Program-made: the position numbers and the translations under genes
In this document: positions 50,845-63,230 of the stretch, piece by piece
Layout of the letters: each line of letters opens with the position of its first letter
Position numbering within the stretch: the first letter of the stretch is position 1
The notes under the pieces: generated by a model
What the model saw: only the letters and a program-made list of their open reading frames with translations
Database searches by the model: none
Told to the model about the DNA's origin: nothing
From: Takakia lepidozioides
Taxonomy: Eukaryota > Plantae > Bryophyta
Assembly: GCA_030704615.1 (NCBI GenBank)
Contig: CM060731.1
Span: 87,420,001 to 87,484,000 of the forward strand
Length of the DNA stretch: 64,000 nt
Direction of reading: 5' to 3'

Positions 50845-52565
50845 AAATGAGGGGAGAATGAGCCTCCCTTGGCTTATATGCCCCCCCCCCCCCCCCCTTC
50901 ATTCCTCGGGCCACGCGCAGGGCAAACCTTCTAGAAGCGACCGCCCACTTGCGGTCGCTCCATTTTCCGAAAATAAAAATAAATAAGCGACCGCCAGCAT
51001 TGGCAGTCGCTACATTTACAGTGCCATTAAGAATTAAAGCGACCGCCAGTAATGGCGGTCGCTTCATTTCGAAAGAAATTGAAATAAAATCGTCATTTAT
51101 AAAACTAAATTAATTACAGCGACCGCCATTAATGGCGGTCGTTCCATTTCCAACAAAATTTTAATAAAATCGACCACCAGTAATGGCGGTCGCTGCATTT
51201 ACAAAAAAAAAACAATTGCGGCGACCGCCCGCAATGGCGATCGCTCCTTTTTCCTCCAAAAAACAAAAAAACGACTACAAGTAATGGCGGTCGCTTCATT
51301 TCCAAAATAATTAAAATAAAAGCGACCGCCAGTAATGGCGGTCGCTGCATGCCCTAAAAATATATCCTCCCCCCGCCTCATTCCTCACTCCACGCGCATG
51401 GCACACCTCGTAGAAGCGACCGGCACCTTCGCGGTCGTTCCATTTAAAAAACAAAAAAAAACGACCGCCACTAATGGCGGTCGCTCCATTTCCAAAAAAA
51501 TAAAAATAAAAGCGACTGCTAGTAATGGCGGTCGCTGCATTTTAAAAAATAACAATTACAGCGACCGCCAGCAATGGCGGTCACTGCATTTTCTTTAAAA
51601 AAAAACTTCAAGCGACCGCCAGTAATGGAAGTGAGGGGAGAATGATTCGGAGCTTCTATGCCCCCCCCCCCCCCCCCCCCCGCCACATTCCTCGCTCCAC
51701 GCGCAGGGCAGACCTCGTAGAAACGACCGCCACCTTGGCGGTCGCTCCATTTAAAAAACAAAAACAAGGGACCGCCACAAATGGTAGTCGCTCCATTTCG
51801 TAATAAAATAAAATAAAAGCGACCGCCAGTAATTGCGGTCGTTGCATTTTTAAGAAGAACAATTACAGCGACCGCCAGTAATGGCGGTCACTACATTTAC
51901 CAAAAAAAAAAAACTTCAAGCGACCGCCAGTAATGGAAGTGAGAATGAGTCGGAGCTTATATGCCCCCCCCCGCGCCTCACTCCTCGCTCCAGACGCAGG
52001 GCACACCTCGTAGAAGCGACTGCCACCTTGGCGGTCGCTCCATTTCGCAAAAAAATAAAATAAAAGCGACCGCTAGTAATGGTGGTCGCTGCATTTACAA
52101 AAAAAAAAAAACTTCGAGCGACCGCCAGTAATGGAAGTGATGGGAGAATGAGTCGGAGCTTATATCCCCCCCCGCCTCACTCCTCGCTCCATGCGCAGGG
52201 CACACCTCATAGAAGCGACCGCCACCTTGGCGGTCGCTTCATTTAAAAATCCCAAAAAAACGATCACATAATATGGCGGTCGATCCATTTTCCAAAATTA
52301 AAAAAACAACCGACCGCCACTAATGGCGGTCGTTGGATTTTCAGAAAAAATAGAAATTAATTTTTTTTTTACCGTAAACCCTAAAACAAAAGCGACCGCC
52401 AGTAATGGCGGTCGCTCCATTTTCATAAAATATATTACGAGCGACCGCCAGTTCTGGTGGTCGCTGAATTTACGAAAAAACAAAAGAGGACCGCTACTAC
52501 ATCGCGTTCGCTGCATTTACAAAGAATAAAAAATAAATGCGACCGCCAGTGATGTCGATTGCTGC
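50845..52565. repeat. Array of AGCGACCGCCA-GTAA-TGGCGGTCGCT hairpins separated by A-tracts, with interspersed CTTATAT(C)n modules
   Basis: Roughly 30 copies of an 11-bp-stem palindrome; module GAATGAG..CTTATATGCCCC..CACCTCGTAGAAGCGAC repeated 4-5 times. Confidence 0.92.
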
Positions 52566-52859
52566 ATTAAAATAAAAATGAATGCAGAGTTGGAAGCATT
52601 GACACAATTGTTCTTTATTGCTTAAGCAAATCACCAAACACAAACATGAGTAAATGACGGTGCCTTTGGCCGACATTTTGGCTGGTATACACATGGACAA
52701 CATCTTTTATTTTCCAACACATACACAACAACAATACAAATACTCATAGTGACAATGATCACACTTGTATTACTTCACTAAAGAAATGTAAACATGTCCA
52801 CTAAAATGTGCTGATGCATGCCTACAGCTGTTTTGCTTCAATTTCTTCTACTGCTTCGA

Positions 52860-53880
52860 CGGCGGGACGAAGAAGATCCTAATCCTAATGTTCCGATGGG
52901 CTGAAAATCCGAGTCACCCTGGACTTCACCACCATTGCCATGATCAGTGTTGGAATCGTCTTCTCTATCCGACCTCATATGTCCAGGCCTTTGAATCTGC
53001 AAGCGACCTCAAACCACATTTAGTTCTCTCTGAGGTCGACTCCCACTCCGGTATTGAATACCATCCACGGTATCTGGCCTGTTTGTGGGCCGATCGCCTA
53101 CAAAAGGTTGGAATGTTCTCTGTCGTTTATGGACTTGGGACGCAATCGAAGGTGGTCTCGAAGGAGGTACCGGAGGGGGGTCTGCCCGAGATGGACCGGC
53201 ATTAGATGGTCCGGCATGTGAGGAACCACGGGTCTGCTGCGCAACAAGTCGGTTAAGGTAGAATTGTAGTGACAAGTTGTCATCATCCGAGGCTTAAACT
53301 TCCGCGCGGTCCAATGTAGCAGAATGATGCGTGCGTGTGGAAAACAGATCAACTATGTTGCTCCTTAATGCCCGATGTGTTGATAGGGAGCTGGATCGGT
53401 TTTGACATTGTGGTGGAGCTAGTCGTATCGGTGAGGCATGATCCCGTCCCTCGACTGTACAATGGGTTCGACACCATCATTTTTATGAACAGGGTTGCGT
53501 ACGTCGCTCGGTCCTGGAAGTTCATCACCCTTAAGCTTCATTGGGGCACTACCGGTGGCTTCAGCGTGTAGTGGGGGGGCGAGAGTCGACCCCAACTTCA
53601 TTTTGAGGACCATGTTCTAGGGATGACACAATTGCAGCTTCACCTTCATCTGCGATACGTACTTCTTCAAGAAGGTCATCAAAGGTCGGCTGGATATAAG
53701 CATCATCCTCTGTGAACGTAAACGGATCATACGCATTTTCGGGAGCATCATCGGATCCATCTTCACTATCGGAGGCAGATGACTCCCTCTGAGATGATTC
53801 CCTCTGAGGCTCAGTATCGTCACTCATCGAATCTACCTCAGAAGCAGAGTCTTCGGAATGCAAATTCCTCTCATACCATG
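52860..53880 (-). pseudogene. Degenerate ORF for an acidic, low-complexity protein
   Basis: Consecutive minus-strand ORF fragments with D/E/S-rich and AGPS-repeat sequence, broken by stops and frameshifts. Confidence 0.35.
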
Positions 53881-53914
53881 CTGCAGCATCATCCGCTGCC
53901 CTCTCACGTAGCGG

Positions 53915-55830
53915 GCCCCCCCAAAGGAAGTCGTGTCGGGGGGTCAGGCCGAAAACTGGCCGGCATAAAAACATCCCCAGATGGAAAAACAGCGCCGAAT
54001 TTCCATCCGGGGCCTTTCGGATGCAGTCGGGGAGGGGGGAGAGGCCGGCACCTGGCCGTCACATTTCAACCCTCGGACGGAAATTTGGCATCGAATATCC
54101 AACAGGGGACGCCCGGATGAAGTCGCCTCGGGCGTAGAGGCCGGCACGTGTTCGACAGAGAGCATCCCCTATATGGAGATTCGGCGCCGAATTTCCATCC
54201 GGGCCCCCCCAAAGGAAGTCGTGTCGGGGGGTCAGACCGAAAACTGGCCGACATAAAAACCTCCCAGATGGAAAAACGGCGCCGAATTTCCATCCGGGGC
54301 CGTTCTAATGCAGTCGGGGAGGGGGGAGAGGCCGGCACCTGGCCGTCACATTTCAACCCCCGGACGGAAATTCGGCACCGAATATCCAATAGGGGACGCC
54401 CGGATGAAGTCGCCTCGGGCGTAGAGGCCGACACGTGTTCGACAGAGAGCATCCCCTATATGGAGATTCGGCGCCGAATTTCCATCCGGGGCCGTTCCAA
54501 TGCAGTCGGGGAGGGGGGAGAGGCCGGCACCTGGCCATCATATTTCAACCCCCGGACGGAAATTCGGCACCGAATATCCAACAGAGCGGCGGAGAGGCCG
54601 GCACCTCTCCGAAAGAGACCATCCCCCGGATGGAAATTCGGCGCCGAATTTCCATCGGGGCCCCCTCAAAGGAAGTCGTAAAAACCTCCCAGAATGGAAA
54701 AACGGCGCCAAATTTCCGTCCGAGGCTGTTCCGATTTGCCTCTAGCAGTCAAGGATTCCAAGAAAAACGTGTCTACAAGTGCACTTCAGCCACAAAACAA
54801 ACAGTTAGGTTTGTTTTTCTCCGAAAAATCAATCGGACACGCTCAGAATTACCTGCAGGAAGGTAATTCAGCGCTTCGAAATACCTGGCGAATGAAAATT
54901 CGGTGCCGAATATCCATACGCCAGCGATTCGAATTACCTGCAGGATGGAAATTCGGCGCCGGATCTCCATCCATCCGCTCTCCGACCAACCTTGCGGATG
55001 GAAATCCGGCGCCGGATTTCCATCCATCCGCCTCCGAATTACCTACGTGAGGGAAATTTTGCGCGCCGCCCTACCTGCGCGGATGGAAATCCGGCGCCGG
55101 ATTTCCATCCATCCGCTTTGGAATTACCTGCGTGAGGGAAATTTCGCGCGCCGCCCTACCTGCGCGGATGGAAATCTGGCGCCGGATTTCCATCCATCCG
55201 CTTCGGAATTACCTGCGTGAGAGAAATTTCGCGCGCCGCCCTATCTGCGCGGATGGAAATCCGGCAGGGACTTAGCCATTTTCGGGCTAAGTCCCTAGGG
55301 TGGCTGGCCCTGAAGTGGAAATTCGGCGGCATTTTCCAGTTCTAGGCCCTATTGCCGTTTCAGGGACTTAGCCATTTTCGGGCTAAGTCCCTAGACTGGC
55401 TGACCCCAAACTGGAAATTCGGCGCCATTTTCCAGTTCTAGGCCCTATTGCCGTTCAGGGACGTAGCCATTTTCGGGCTAAGTCCCTAGGGTGGCTGGCC
55501 CTGAACTGGAAATTCGGCGCCATTTTCCAGTTCTAGGCCCTATTGCCGTTCAGGGACTTAGCCATTTTCGGGCAAAGTCCCTAGGGTGGCTGGCCCTGAA
55601 CTGGAAATTCGGCGCCATTTTTCCAGTTCTAGGCCCTATTGCAGTTCTAGGACTTGGCCATCTTCGGGCCAAACCGGGAAAAATGGCGCCGAATTTCCAG
55701 TTCAGGGCTCCCAAGATGGCTAAGTCCTTAGGGTGGCAATCACCGAAAACCGAAATTCGACGCCATTTTTCCATTTCTAGGCCCACTCACATCCGCCCCA
55801 ACCTGGGAAAATGGTGCCGAATATGCATTT
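53915..55830. repeat. Arrays built on the palindrome (GGAT)GGAAATTCGGCGCCGAATTTCC(ATCC)
   Basis: ~290-bp units at 53915-54700 and ~88-bp units at 54940-55260 and 55270-55700, each with a full or half palindrome. Confidence 0.9.
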
Positions 55831-55862
55831 CAGGGACCTCATTGTGTTTTTCATGAATGCAG

Positions 55863-58205
55863 GTACTGCAAGTTCTCCCTTTTGGAGAAAGGTCATCTGT
55901 CTTTCGAGCCACCATTCTTCCTGGCATGGAGGAACCCTGGGGCTGACTCCATGTACATAGACGATATTGTGAAGGAGTGGCATCTGGAACATTTGTGTGA
56001 TTGCCCTTGGTATGTGGACCTTCCGCCCGGCTCGCTCGACCCATCCGAGTTTCAATTGAAGCTGGATGCTGAATTCCGACGAAACCGGGCTCCGCTGCCT
56101 CCGTTGGGTGCAAAAGAGGCAAAAGCGCTTGCGAACTCCAGGAAAGCGGCAGAGCTTGCTCAGGCAGGAATTCAGGAGAAATTGCATGAGAAGAGTAAAG
56201 GCCAAAGGAAAAGGACAAGGAAACAGGTGAGTGCAGTAACACCCAAAAAGAAGAAAACCATCGGGGCATCAGAGGAGGCGCAGGAGGGGACCCAAGAGAG
56301 TGACTCGGACGACGACTTTGTTCAAGGTCCTGCGACTGCTGTTGCTCCTACCCAGTCACCGGTCGTCCGGGTTCCCAAGTCAGTTCGGAGTGGGACTGGC
56401 TCCGCCAAGAAGTTGGCATTTGAGGGCGAGCCTACACGGCGGTATTCGGCGGTGACGTTTACGCACAGGCCAAAGCTAGAACCTCCAACCATCATCCAAT
56501 GTGTCAATGAGAGCTTCCTTGACGCTCTCGCTGCCAAGGCGAAGAAGGTGGCACACAGCAAGTCTCTGGCGGAGCAGAAGGGGAAAGCCAAGAAGAGGGC
56601 TGGCGTTACAGAGCCTAAAGACACCCCTGGTTTTGAAGCCATGATGGAATTCTTCACGGTTGTGAGCACGAATTGCAAGAGCACTCGGGGGGGGGGGTTG
56701 AGGTGGAGAGAGCTTGCAACATGATTCTCCTCGACATTCCAGATGGGGAGCTGCTGGAGGGCCTGGATGGTGTGCCCACCTGGAACAGGTTTACTGAGGA
56801 CTACTGGAAAGCCGGGTTTGGGCTGGCGGGGATGCTTCTGGATGACGGTGGATGTGTGGTTGTCCTTGCCACAAGAGGGAAGACCACAGAGAATGCGGTG
56901 GCAAGGTGGACACCGAAAAGTGTCACCCCAGTCCTCCTCAGAAAATGGTTCTGCATCAGTACACAGGGGTTGCGAACAGAGGGCCAAAGTGTAAGTTATC
57001 AATCTATTGCATTCACTTCATATTGTGGTGTATGTTAAGTAGACCCTGGAGTTGATCCCTTCTTTGTTGGATGTGCAGACATTGGTGTTTGAGGCATATT
57101 GCTTTGTGAAGAGAGGGTCTACGTTCAAATTCCGCAACGACGGTCGTCTTGTTGATGCCGCTGTGGACCCTGTAACCTACGATGTCCTCTACAACTATGT
57201 GCCCCACTCCAGTATGCCGAAGGACACAAAGACAGGCAAACTGTGGCGGTACAGCCGGACCCGGAGCCCTGCTTTCATCCAAACCCTCATGGAGACGTGC
57301 TCGGATGTCCAAGGGCGGATTCTGGACCTCACATGTGGCACGGGTAAGCCTTCACGTGCTCAGTTTGTCCCCTGGCCCGATTGCAATTGCATGCCGCAAG
57401 CTATTAACCGCCCGCTTTGTTCCTCAGGTGCTTCAATGTGGGCAGGGACGTTGTCCGACAGGCATGTGTTCGCCTTCGAGCCAGATACTGCCCTCCACAA
57501 CTCGGAACTTGCAGCGGCTGAACGTCTGCCAAAAGAGGAAGAGGCATCCTCGGAGGATGAGGAAAAATCCGAGAAGGAGCAGGGGGAGGAAGTTGGGATC
57601 GAGGCCGAGGAGCCCCCGGTTTACGAGTGAGTGGTGGCATTGTAAGTTGCCTCCAGATTTCGTGAGGCACCTCCCTCCGCTCTCTTATTTCATTGAAAAC
57701 CCTTTCTGGTTGTGCTGGTATTGACATTCTTGAAGTGGATTTGTTCTTACTATAGGATGCCAAGTACTGCCGGAGGGACGTCTACACCGGAATCATGGGC
57801 AGGAGGAACGTGCCTTTTTTTGCCAGGGGGGATTTCATGCCTAGTCCAGAAAGGGAGTACATCCTTCCTACTTATGCTGCCCGGCTTGCTTCGGTGTCCA
57901 TTAGGAGGTGTTCCGAACGTAGTCGTGTACAACAGATTTTAGACGAGGCAAGCCTCAAGAAAATGAAGATGAGGGAGGAGGCAGCAGCTATTAGAGCCCG
58001 TCGGGCTCGTAGATTTGTCTTGGATTCTGCTGAGGAAAGTGGGGGAGAAGACGCAGAAGATTCCCACGAGGTGAGGTGGACAGTCCCCCAAGGAGAGGAC
58101 GGGATTTTTGAGAGGCATAGTGGAACTGATGCATCACAGAGCTCGGAGGATGAGGGGGATGAGGAAGAAGGTGGGGCAAGTTCCTCGGAGGGTGTAGGAG
58201 AGTAG
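55863..58205 (+). pseudogene. Spliced gene (5' exon not found, frameshift in a G-run at ~56690) encoding a beta-class N4-C/N6-A DNA methyltransferase-like domain
   Basis: MILLDIPDG (motif IV position), MLLDDGGCVVV, then RSPAFIQTLMETCS..GRILDLTCGT|GAS.WAG..DRHVFAFEPD (motifs X-I-II); introns 56991-57078 and 57344-57427 are GT-AG and in phase. Confidence 0.62.
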
Positions 58206-58419
58206 TGCCCATTCCGGCTATGACGGTTAGAACACACTTGTATAGACGTGGCTTGCCACAAAATTTGCAATAAAATGTTGCATTTCAAGTCCACTGGTGC
58301 CACATTCCAACTTCACATGACCCTATTTCCGTGCCTCCTAACCCTATTTCCGTGGACTCACAATGGTTTGCTCATGCTTTTTTTTTTTCCGCTCATGCCC
58401 ATGCCGCTCATGAAATAGC

Positions 58420-58800
58420 AGCCCCCCTACAACCAGGACATCCCAACCTGTTGGACCTGGATCAAGTGGAGCACTTGGATCACTTGGGAATTCCACTACT
58501 TCAACAGCAGGTCCTCAAGGACCAGCACCTGTCAGAGGGCAGGGTGTAGGGCCACAGAGGAAAAGGGGATCCTGATATACACATCAGCCAATTTGAGCAC
58601 ATGTGTATAGTGAACAATGAGAATGGCGATGATGCCAAATTGAGACTGTTTCCTTGTTCACTTATCAAGAAAGCAAGTGAATGGTATGCAAGGTTTCCTA
58701 ATAATCATTTACTAACCTGGAATGGCCTTAGTACAACATTCCGAAAACAGGTTCAGGACAAGCAAAATTGAGGATGAAGTATATGGGAGTTTACACCAGT
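58420..58800 (+). mobile_element. Gypsy gag fragment
   Basis: DPDIHISQFEHMC..DDAKLRLFPCSL..ASEWY..LLTWNGL..F. Confidence 0.8.
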
Positions 58801-59811
58801 TGAGGCAAACTTGTTTCCTTTGTGGCTTTCACTGGCTGAGTTTCTTTCTGCTTACTCAATCCAGATTTGACCTCCATCATTCCGATAAAGGGAAGCTCCT
58901 CCTTCATGATATGATACTCTTCATACCTGGTTTCTTCTTTTAGCTGTTGGGCAGTCCATGCTTGTGCTGCTACTCTCCTCCTTAGCTCCACATTTGTCTT
59001 GACCTTCTTGCCTCCCTTCCTTATCACTTTCTGCTTCATTCACATCGTGCTTTTGTTTCTCCTCTCCAACTCATCTTGAAGCTAGAGTGTGGCTTCTTTC
59101 CTCCTTGTTGTACTCACCCCTTTCATGCACTGTGCAGAACTACGCCACAGGTATTTGAAGCATACCACCATCATCCGTACGGTGTTACTCATCCACACCA
59201 ATATTGATGCCACAAAAACAGAGTACCATCTACTTCTTGTTTCCTTCGTTTGTCGCCTCCCTTTGTGATAACCATCAGATTTCTTTGTCACTGAAATGAT
59301 GCTTGTTTTTTCTATTTCCTTCTTGAATCCTCGCATCATTCTCGCTGTCACTCACTCTCCTAACTACTGACTCTACCTTTCCTTTCATCATGCAGCCGTG
59401 TGTGGGCACCATTGACCTGAGATGATGTCTCTTGCTCTCCTGGCAGAAGACACACAGTAAAGGTTTGTTGCCCCTCTCCCCGTCTATGTTTGGCTTAGTT
59501 TTGATGAACACCCCTGGCATTAATGTGTCGGCACTGTTCTGAACTATAGAGTGGCAATTGCTAGAGAACCACTTCTTTGTACTCTTCTTTGCTACTTGTC
59601 CCTTCTTTAGCCCTGCTAATACTGCCACTAATCAGTGTAGTGCCCTCAGTCCTTCTATAGTGTCGGTCCATCCTTTTTTCTGTCACTTGAGTCTCGATAA
59701 CCTCTATTTTCTCATTCTTGCTGTCATTCTCACTGTTTCCTGCATAACTACATGATCCCTCCTCTAAGCTGCTGATTACAGCATTGATTCCTGGATAAAG
59801 TTCAAACCTAA

Positions 59812-60143
59812 CATGGCTAATTAGGGAGTGAAACCCTAACCCCTACCCTATAATCTACTGTTTAAACCTAGCTAATGGATGACATCCATCGGGTTTTTGA
59901 GATAAAGGGTGTTGATTATTCGAATTCATCCTCCGCGGATGAAAAATCGGGCTTTGCCCTAGGGTGTCTCTCCCGCCGTCAGCAGCACTCCTCGTGCTTC
60001 TGAGCTCGCGGGTTGAGAGTTATGGCATCTGAGCTCTGCTGCTACCCTGTTTGGTGCTTCGTGCCCATGCCGGACGAGCTCCTGGGGATGCGCAACGGCG
60101 GCGTCTTGTCTCTTCTCACAGGCGGGCGACCCCGTTGTGATGG
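59812..60143. repeat. Repeat with an inverted copy at ~62750-63270
   Basis: ATGGCTAATTAGGGAGTGAAACCCTAACCCCTACCCTA..CGTTGTGATGG is the reverse complement of 62752-63268 apart from the SINE insertion. Confidence 0.9.
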
Positions 60144-60440
60144 CATCGTCTCTTTCCCTCCTATGGCTTTTATGTTTCGCAACGGCGCTTGTGTGGGGAA
60201 GTATATCTCTCTCTCTCCCTTCTTAAACCTAGCATTTGTATGCTTCGCTTCTCCTTAGCTATGCTGGAGGTGGCTTGCTGGTGGCGATGGCGCACAGTTA
60301 CCTTCCCCAATCGCTCAAGGTGCTTTTGGTGATTAGGGTTCCTTTTACTTCATGTTTTTCTCTCTTGCTTTGGAGGTTCTTAGTTGACATCGATGACAAG
60401 TGTAGGGGTCTGTGATTCACCTGGGGTTCCACAATCCTCA
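60129..60440. repeat. Direct repeat of 63688-64000 (the copy runs off the window end)
   Basis: ACCCCGTTGTGATGGCATCGTCTCTTTCCC..CTGGGGTTCCACAATCCTCAC is nearly identical at both places. Confidence 0.92.
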
Positions 60441-61299
60441 CTAACCCATTGGTTTTTGTGGGGGCTTGTGATGGGACCAGGTGAGGATCCCTACTTGCTT
60501 TGAATTCTCTTGAGCTTGCAGATAAGGATGTGAGCAAAATGAACATACTGTTGCTACCTGCAGCCCCGATTTTGGCCCGCTTGCTCTCGGTTTGACATGA
60601 TGATGCTTGCTTTTGACTTATGTTTTGCTGCCGTTGATGGAGCATTTCGGCCTGGCAGCCCTGTCTCGTGCAGCACATCATGTGAATCTTACCCAGTCTT
60701 GAATCTTTGACAACTTTGCCTGTGGATTTTTAGACTAGGTACTTTTTTGGCCTTAAAAGAGGATTGATGGTGTAAGGGTAAAGGCGTCAGTGGCTGTTAG
60801 GCTCTAAGGAAGAGGAGGCATGGTTTTTTTAAAAGAAGACTGCCTGATAAGGCAATGACAGGCCGTTTTCAGACCTGGATTTGATGTGGAATGGAGCATA
60901 GTGAGGTTCTATTTGCAAAACATGGCATTAGCCTCCTGGGAAACAGTGATGGTAAGCTCTAAAGGACTCTGGCCAGTGATTAGTTACATTATTTTTCCAT
61001 ATGAACAGCCACCTGCATTGTATGATTTATCTTGGCCAAATGGGCTTGATCTTGGGCACTCAAATTGTATGTGTGTCCATATCTGGTTGCTGTGACAGGG
61101 CAGGCCTTTCTTCCATGCCAAAATGCCTTACATGATGCATATCTTGGGGCAACTGTACATGATGTAGAATGAAGTTGTAGTTAGTCTTGTCATGCCTAAA
61201 GTGATCACTTGGTTGCATGTTTGGAGTCTGATTTATCGCTGGCTGGTCCAGCAAGAGTCCTGTATTCAGTTCTCATGGTAGGTAATAAGAATTCCACTG

Positions 61300-61400
61300 G
61301 AAGTAAAGCCAGTCTGTCCTGTTCACATTGACTATCTTAGCCAAGATAATGCATAGTAGTTTGTTGGTGGCCTCTGCCTGCCCATTGCAGGTCCTGAATC
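61300..61400 (-). mobile_element. Decayed Gypsy integrase fragment
   Basis: CNGQAEATNKLLCIILAKIVNVNRTDW. Confidence 0.6.
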
Positions 61401-62029
61401 TGTACAATGACATGCTGTTCTTACCTACCCAGAAGGCCTTGCACAATGCACGCCTTGGGGTACTTACATTTGGCCAAATGTGAAGCTGCAATATGGCTTG
61501 CCATGCCCAAGAAGTTTACTTGGTGGCATGCCCAAAGTGTAATTAATTGCAGGCTGGTCCTTCCAGTTGCATGTGTGAACATTCCCTGAATGTGTTGTAG
61601 GGCAGGTTGTTCTTACCTACCTTGCATAATGCTTGTCTTGGATCACTTCAAGGTACCTGTGTATACATATCTTTGGATCTGTAATGTGGCAAGAAGTTCT
61701 TATATGCCCATGATATCTTGCATGGTGCATATCTTATGGATAACTATGGATGATATAATCTGAGGCTGCAATCTGACTTATATTGTGCAAGAGGGTCACT
61801 TGGGTACATGACATGAATCTGATTATGAACATACTCCGCCCTCCCACCCTGTTTTATCATGCCTGAATAGGTGGCGTCACTTGGTATGCTATGACAAGAC
61901 TGGAAATGTTAGATGGTGCCCTGTCATGGGCTGTTTATGTCTTTAATAGACAATGACCCTAGTTGGTCTTGTCCATGTCTTGACATGACATGAATATCTT
62001 CTCTCTCTCTCCCTCTCCCTCTCTCTTTT

Positions 62030-62531
62030 TAACTTTTTCTGCAGAGGGGTCAACTCTGAGGTTAAGAAAACCATGCTTTGTCGCATTATTAGACCTGCCT
62101 TGGAGTACGGATCTGCAATATGGGTCGATAAATCTGACTTAGAGGCTGTAGTGTCCAAAGCCATGTCTGTTGCCATGAGATTGTCTGATGAAAATGAAGT
62201 TAGGCAGAAAACTTCCCTGAACTTGTTTCCAGTCAGTGACATGGGGAGGATATCTTGGATGACCTCAAGGGTCTACCCACTCTCGGCACTAGACTGAAAT
62301 TTAAACTCAGGGCAGGAAGCCTACCTTTGAACAACAAATAGAAGCAGAGAGGAAAGGGAGAGTGCAATTGCCCATTGTGTGGGCAATCTGAAGACAGTAC
62401 TCATTTTCTGATACACTATCCGGGGTTCTCTCACTAAAGAGACGCTCTCTTCAAATCTATCAAGGGAATTGTGCATGTACCTCTATTTACCAACTTTGAA
62501 AGTCTCAAGGCTGAGCCAAAAGCCCAGGCCT
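62030..62531 (+). mobile_element. Internally deleted LINE fragment (same family) following a (CT)n tract
   Basis: MLCRIIRPALEY..WVD|KSDLEAVVS..RLSDENEVRQKTSL; preceded by CTCTCTCTCTCCCTCTCCCTCTCTC. Confidence 0.85.
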
Positions 62532-63056
62532 GTAGGGCAACGCTGAGTCCCGCGATTTTGAGCTGCGATTTTCAAGCTAAGTGTCGGAGTGTTGGGAGGA
62601 AGCCAATACACCTCACGGATGAAGCAGGAATGAAAGGGGCGCTGATGGATGGAAAAGGAGCACACCTAGTTGATGATCATGGATGACGGGCGGATGAACG
62701 GACTCGACAGTTGGTCGACACTGGGTGGATGAATAAGTAGGCATAGCTAGACCATCACAGCGGGGTCTCCCACCTGTGAGAAGAGACAAGACGCCGCCAT
62801 TGCGCATCCCCAGGAGCTCGTCCAGCATGGGCACGAAGCAGCATACAGGGTAGCAGCAGAGCTCAGACGCCATAACTCTCAGCCCGCGAGCTCAAAAGCA
62901 CGAGGAGTGCTACTGACGGCAGGAGAGACACCCTAGGGCAAAGCCCGATTTTTCATCCGTGGAGGATGAATTCGAATAATCAACACCCTTTATCTCGAAA
63001 ACCCGACGGATGTCATCCATTAGCTAGGTTTAAACAGTAGATTATAGGGTAGGGGT

Positions 63057-63230
63057 GACAACCAGCATGTAGCCCAGTGGTAATGGGCACGTACCACGTT
63101 GGATGTGGTTGTGGGTTCAAACCACGGTCTGGTGTGTCATGAAGGTGTCCACCTTTCAGCTGGAAGGCAGTAGCCCTTGTGGTGAAGTGACACCATAAGT
63201 TACGCTCCCTTCGGAAGGTGCGTCATACTT
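63057..63230 (+). mobile_element. tRNA-derived SINE (~175 bp)
   Basis: A-box TAGCCCAGTGG, B-box GGTTCAAACC; 12-bp TSD TAGGGTAGGGGT at 63045-63056 and 63231-63242; the empty site is visible in the inverted copy at ~59835-59850. Confidence 0.88.

Noticed and set aside
50930-52565. CRISPR-like look (palindromic repeats with spacers)
   Set aside because: Spacers are A-rich and similar to each other, repeats are degenerate, there are no cas genes, and the context is eukaryotic
53944-55856. Many overlapping ORFs (MEIRRRISI repeats)
   Set aside because: By-products of GC-rich palindromic tandem repeats, open on both strands
58800-59760. K/R-rich minus-strand ORFs
   Set aside because: No recognisable motif; probably decayed retroelement sequence
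59828-59850. Telomeric repeat (AAACCCTAACCCCTACCCTA)
   Set aside because: Only 2-3 degenerate units inside a dispersed repeat; at most telo-box-like
63060-63135. tRNA gene
   Set aside because: A and B boxes are present, but I could not fold a convincing cloverleaf; the TSD and LINE-like tail indicate a SINE
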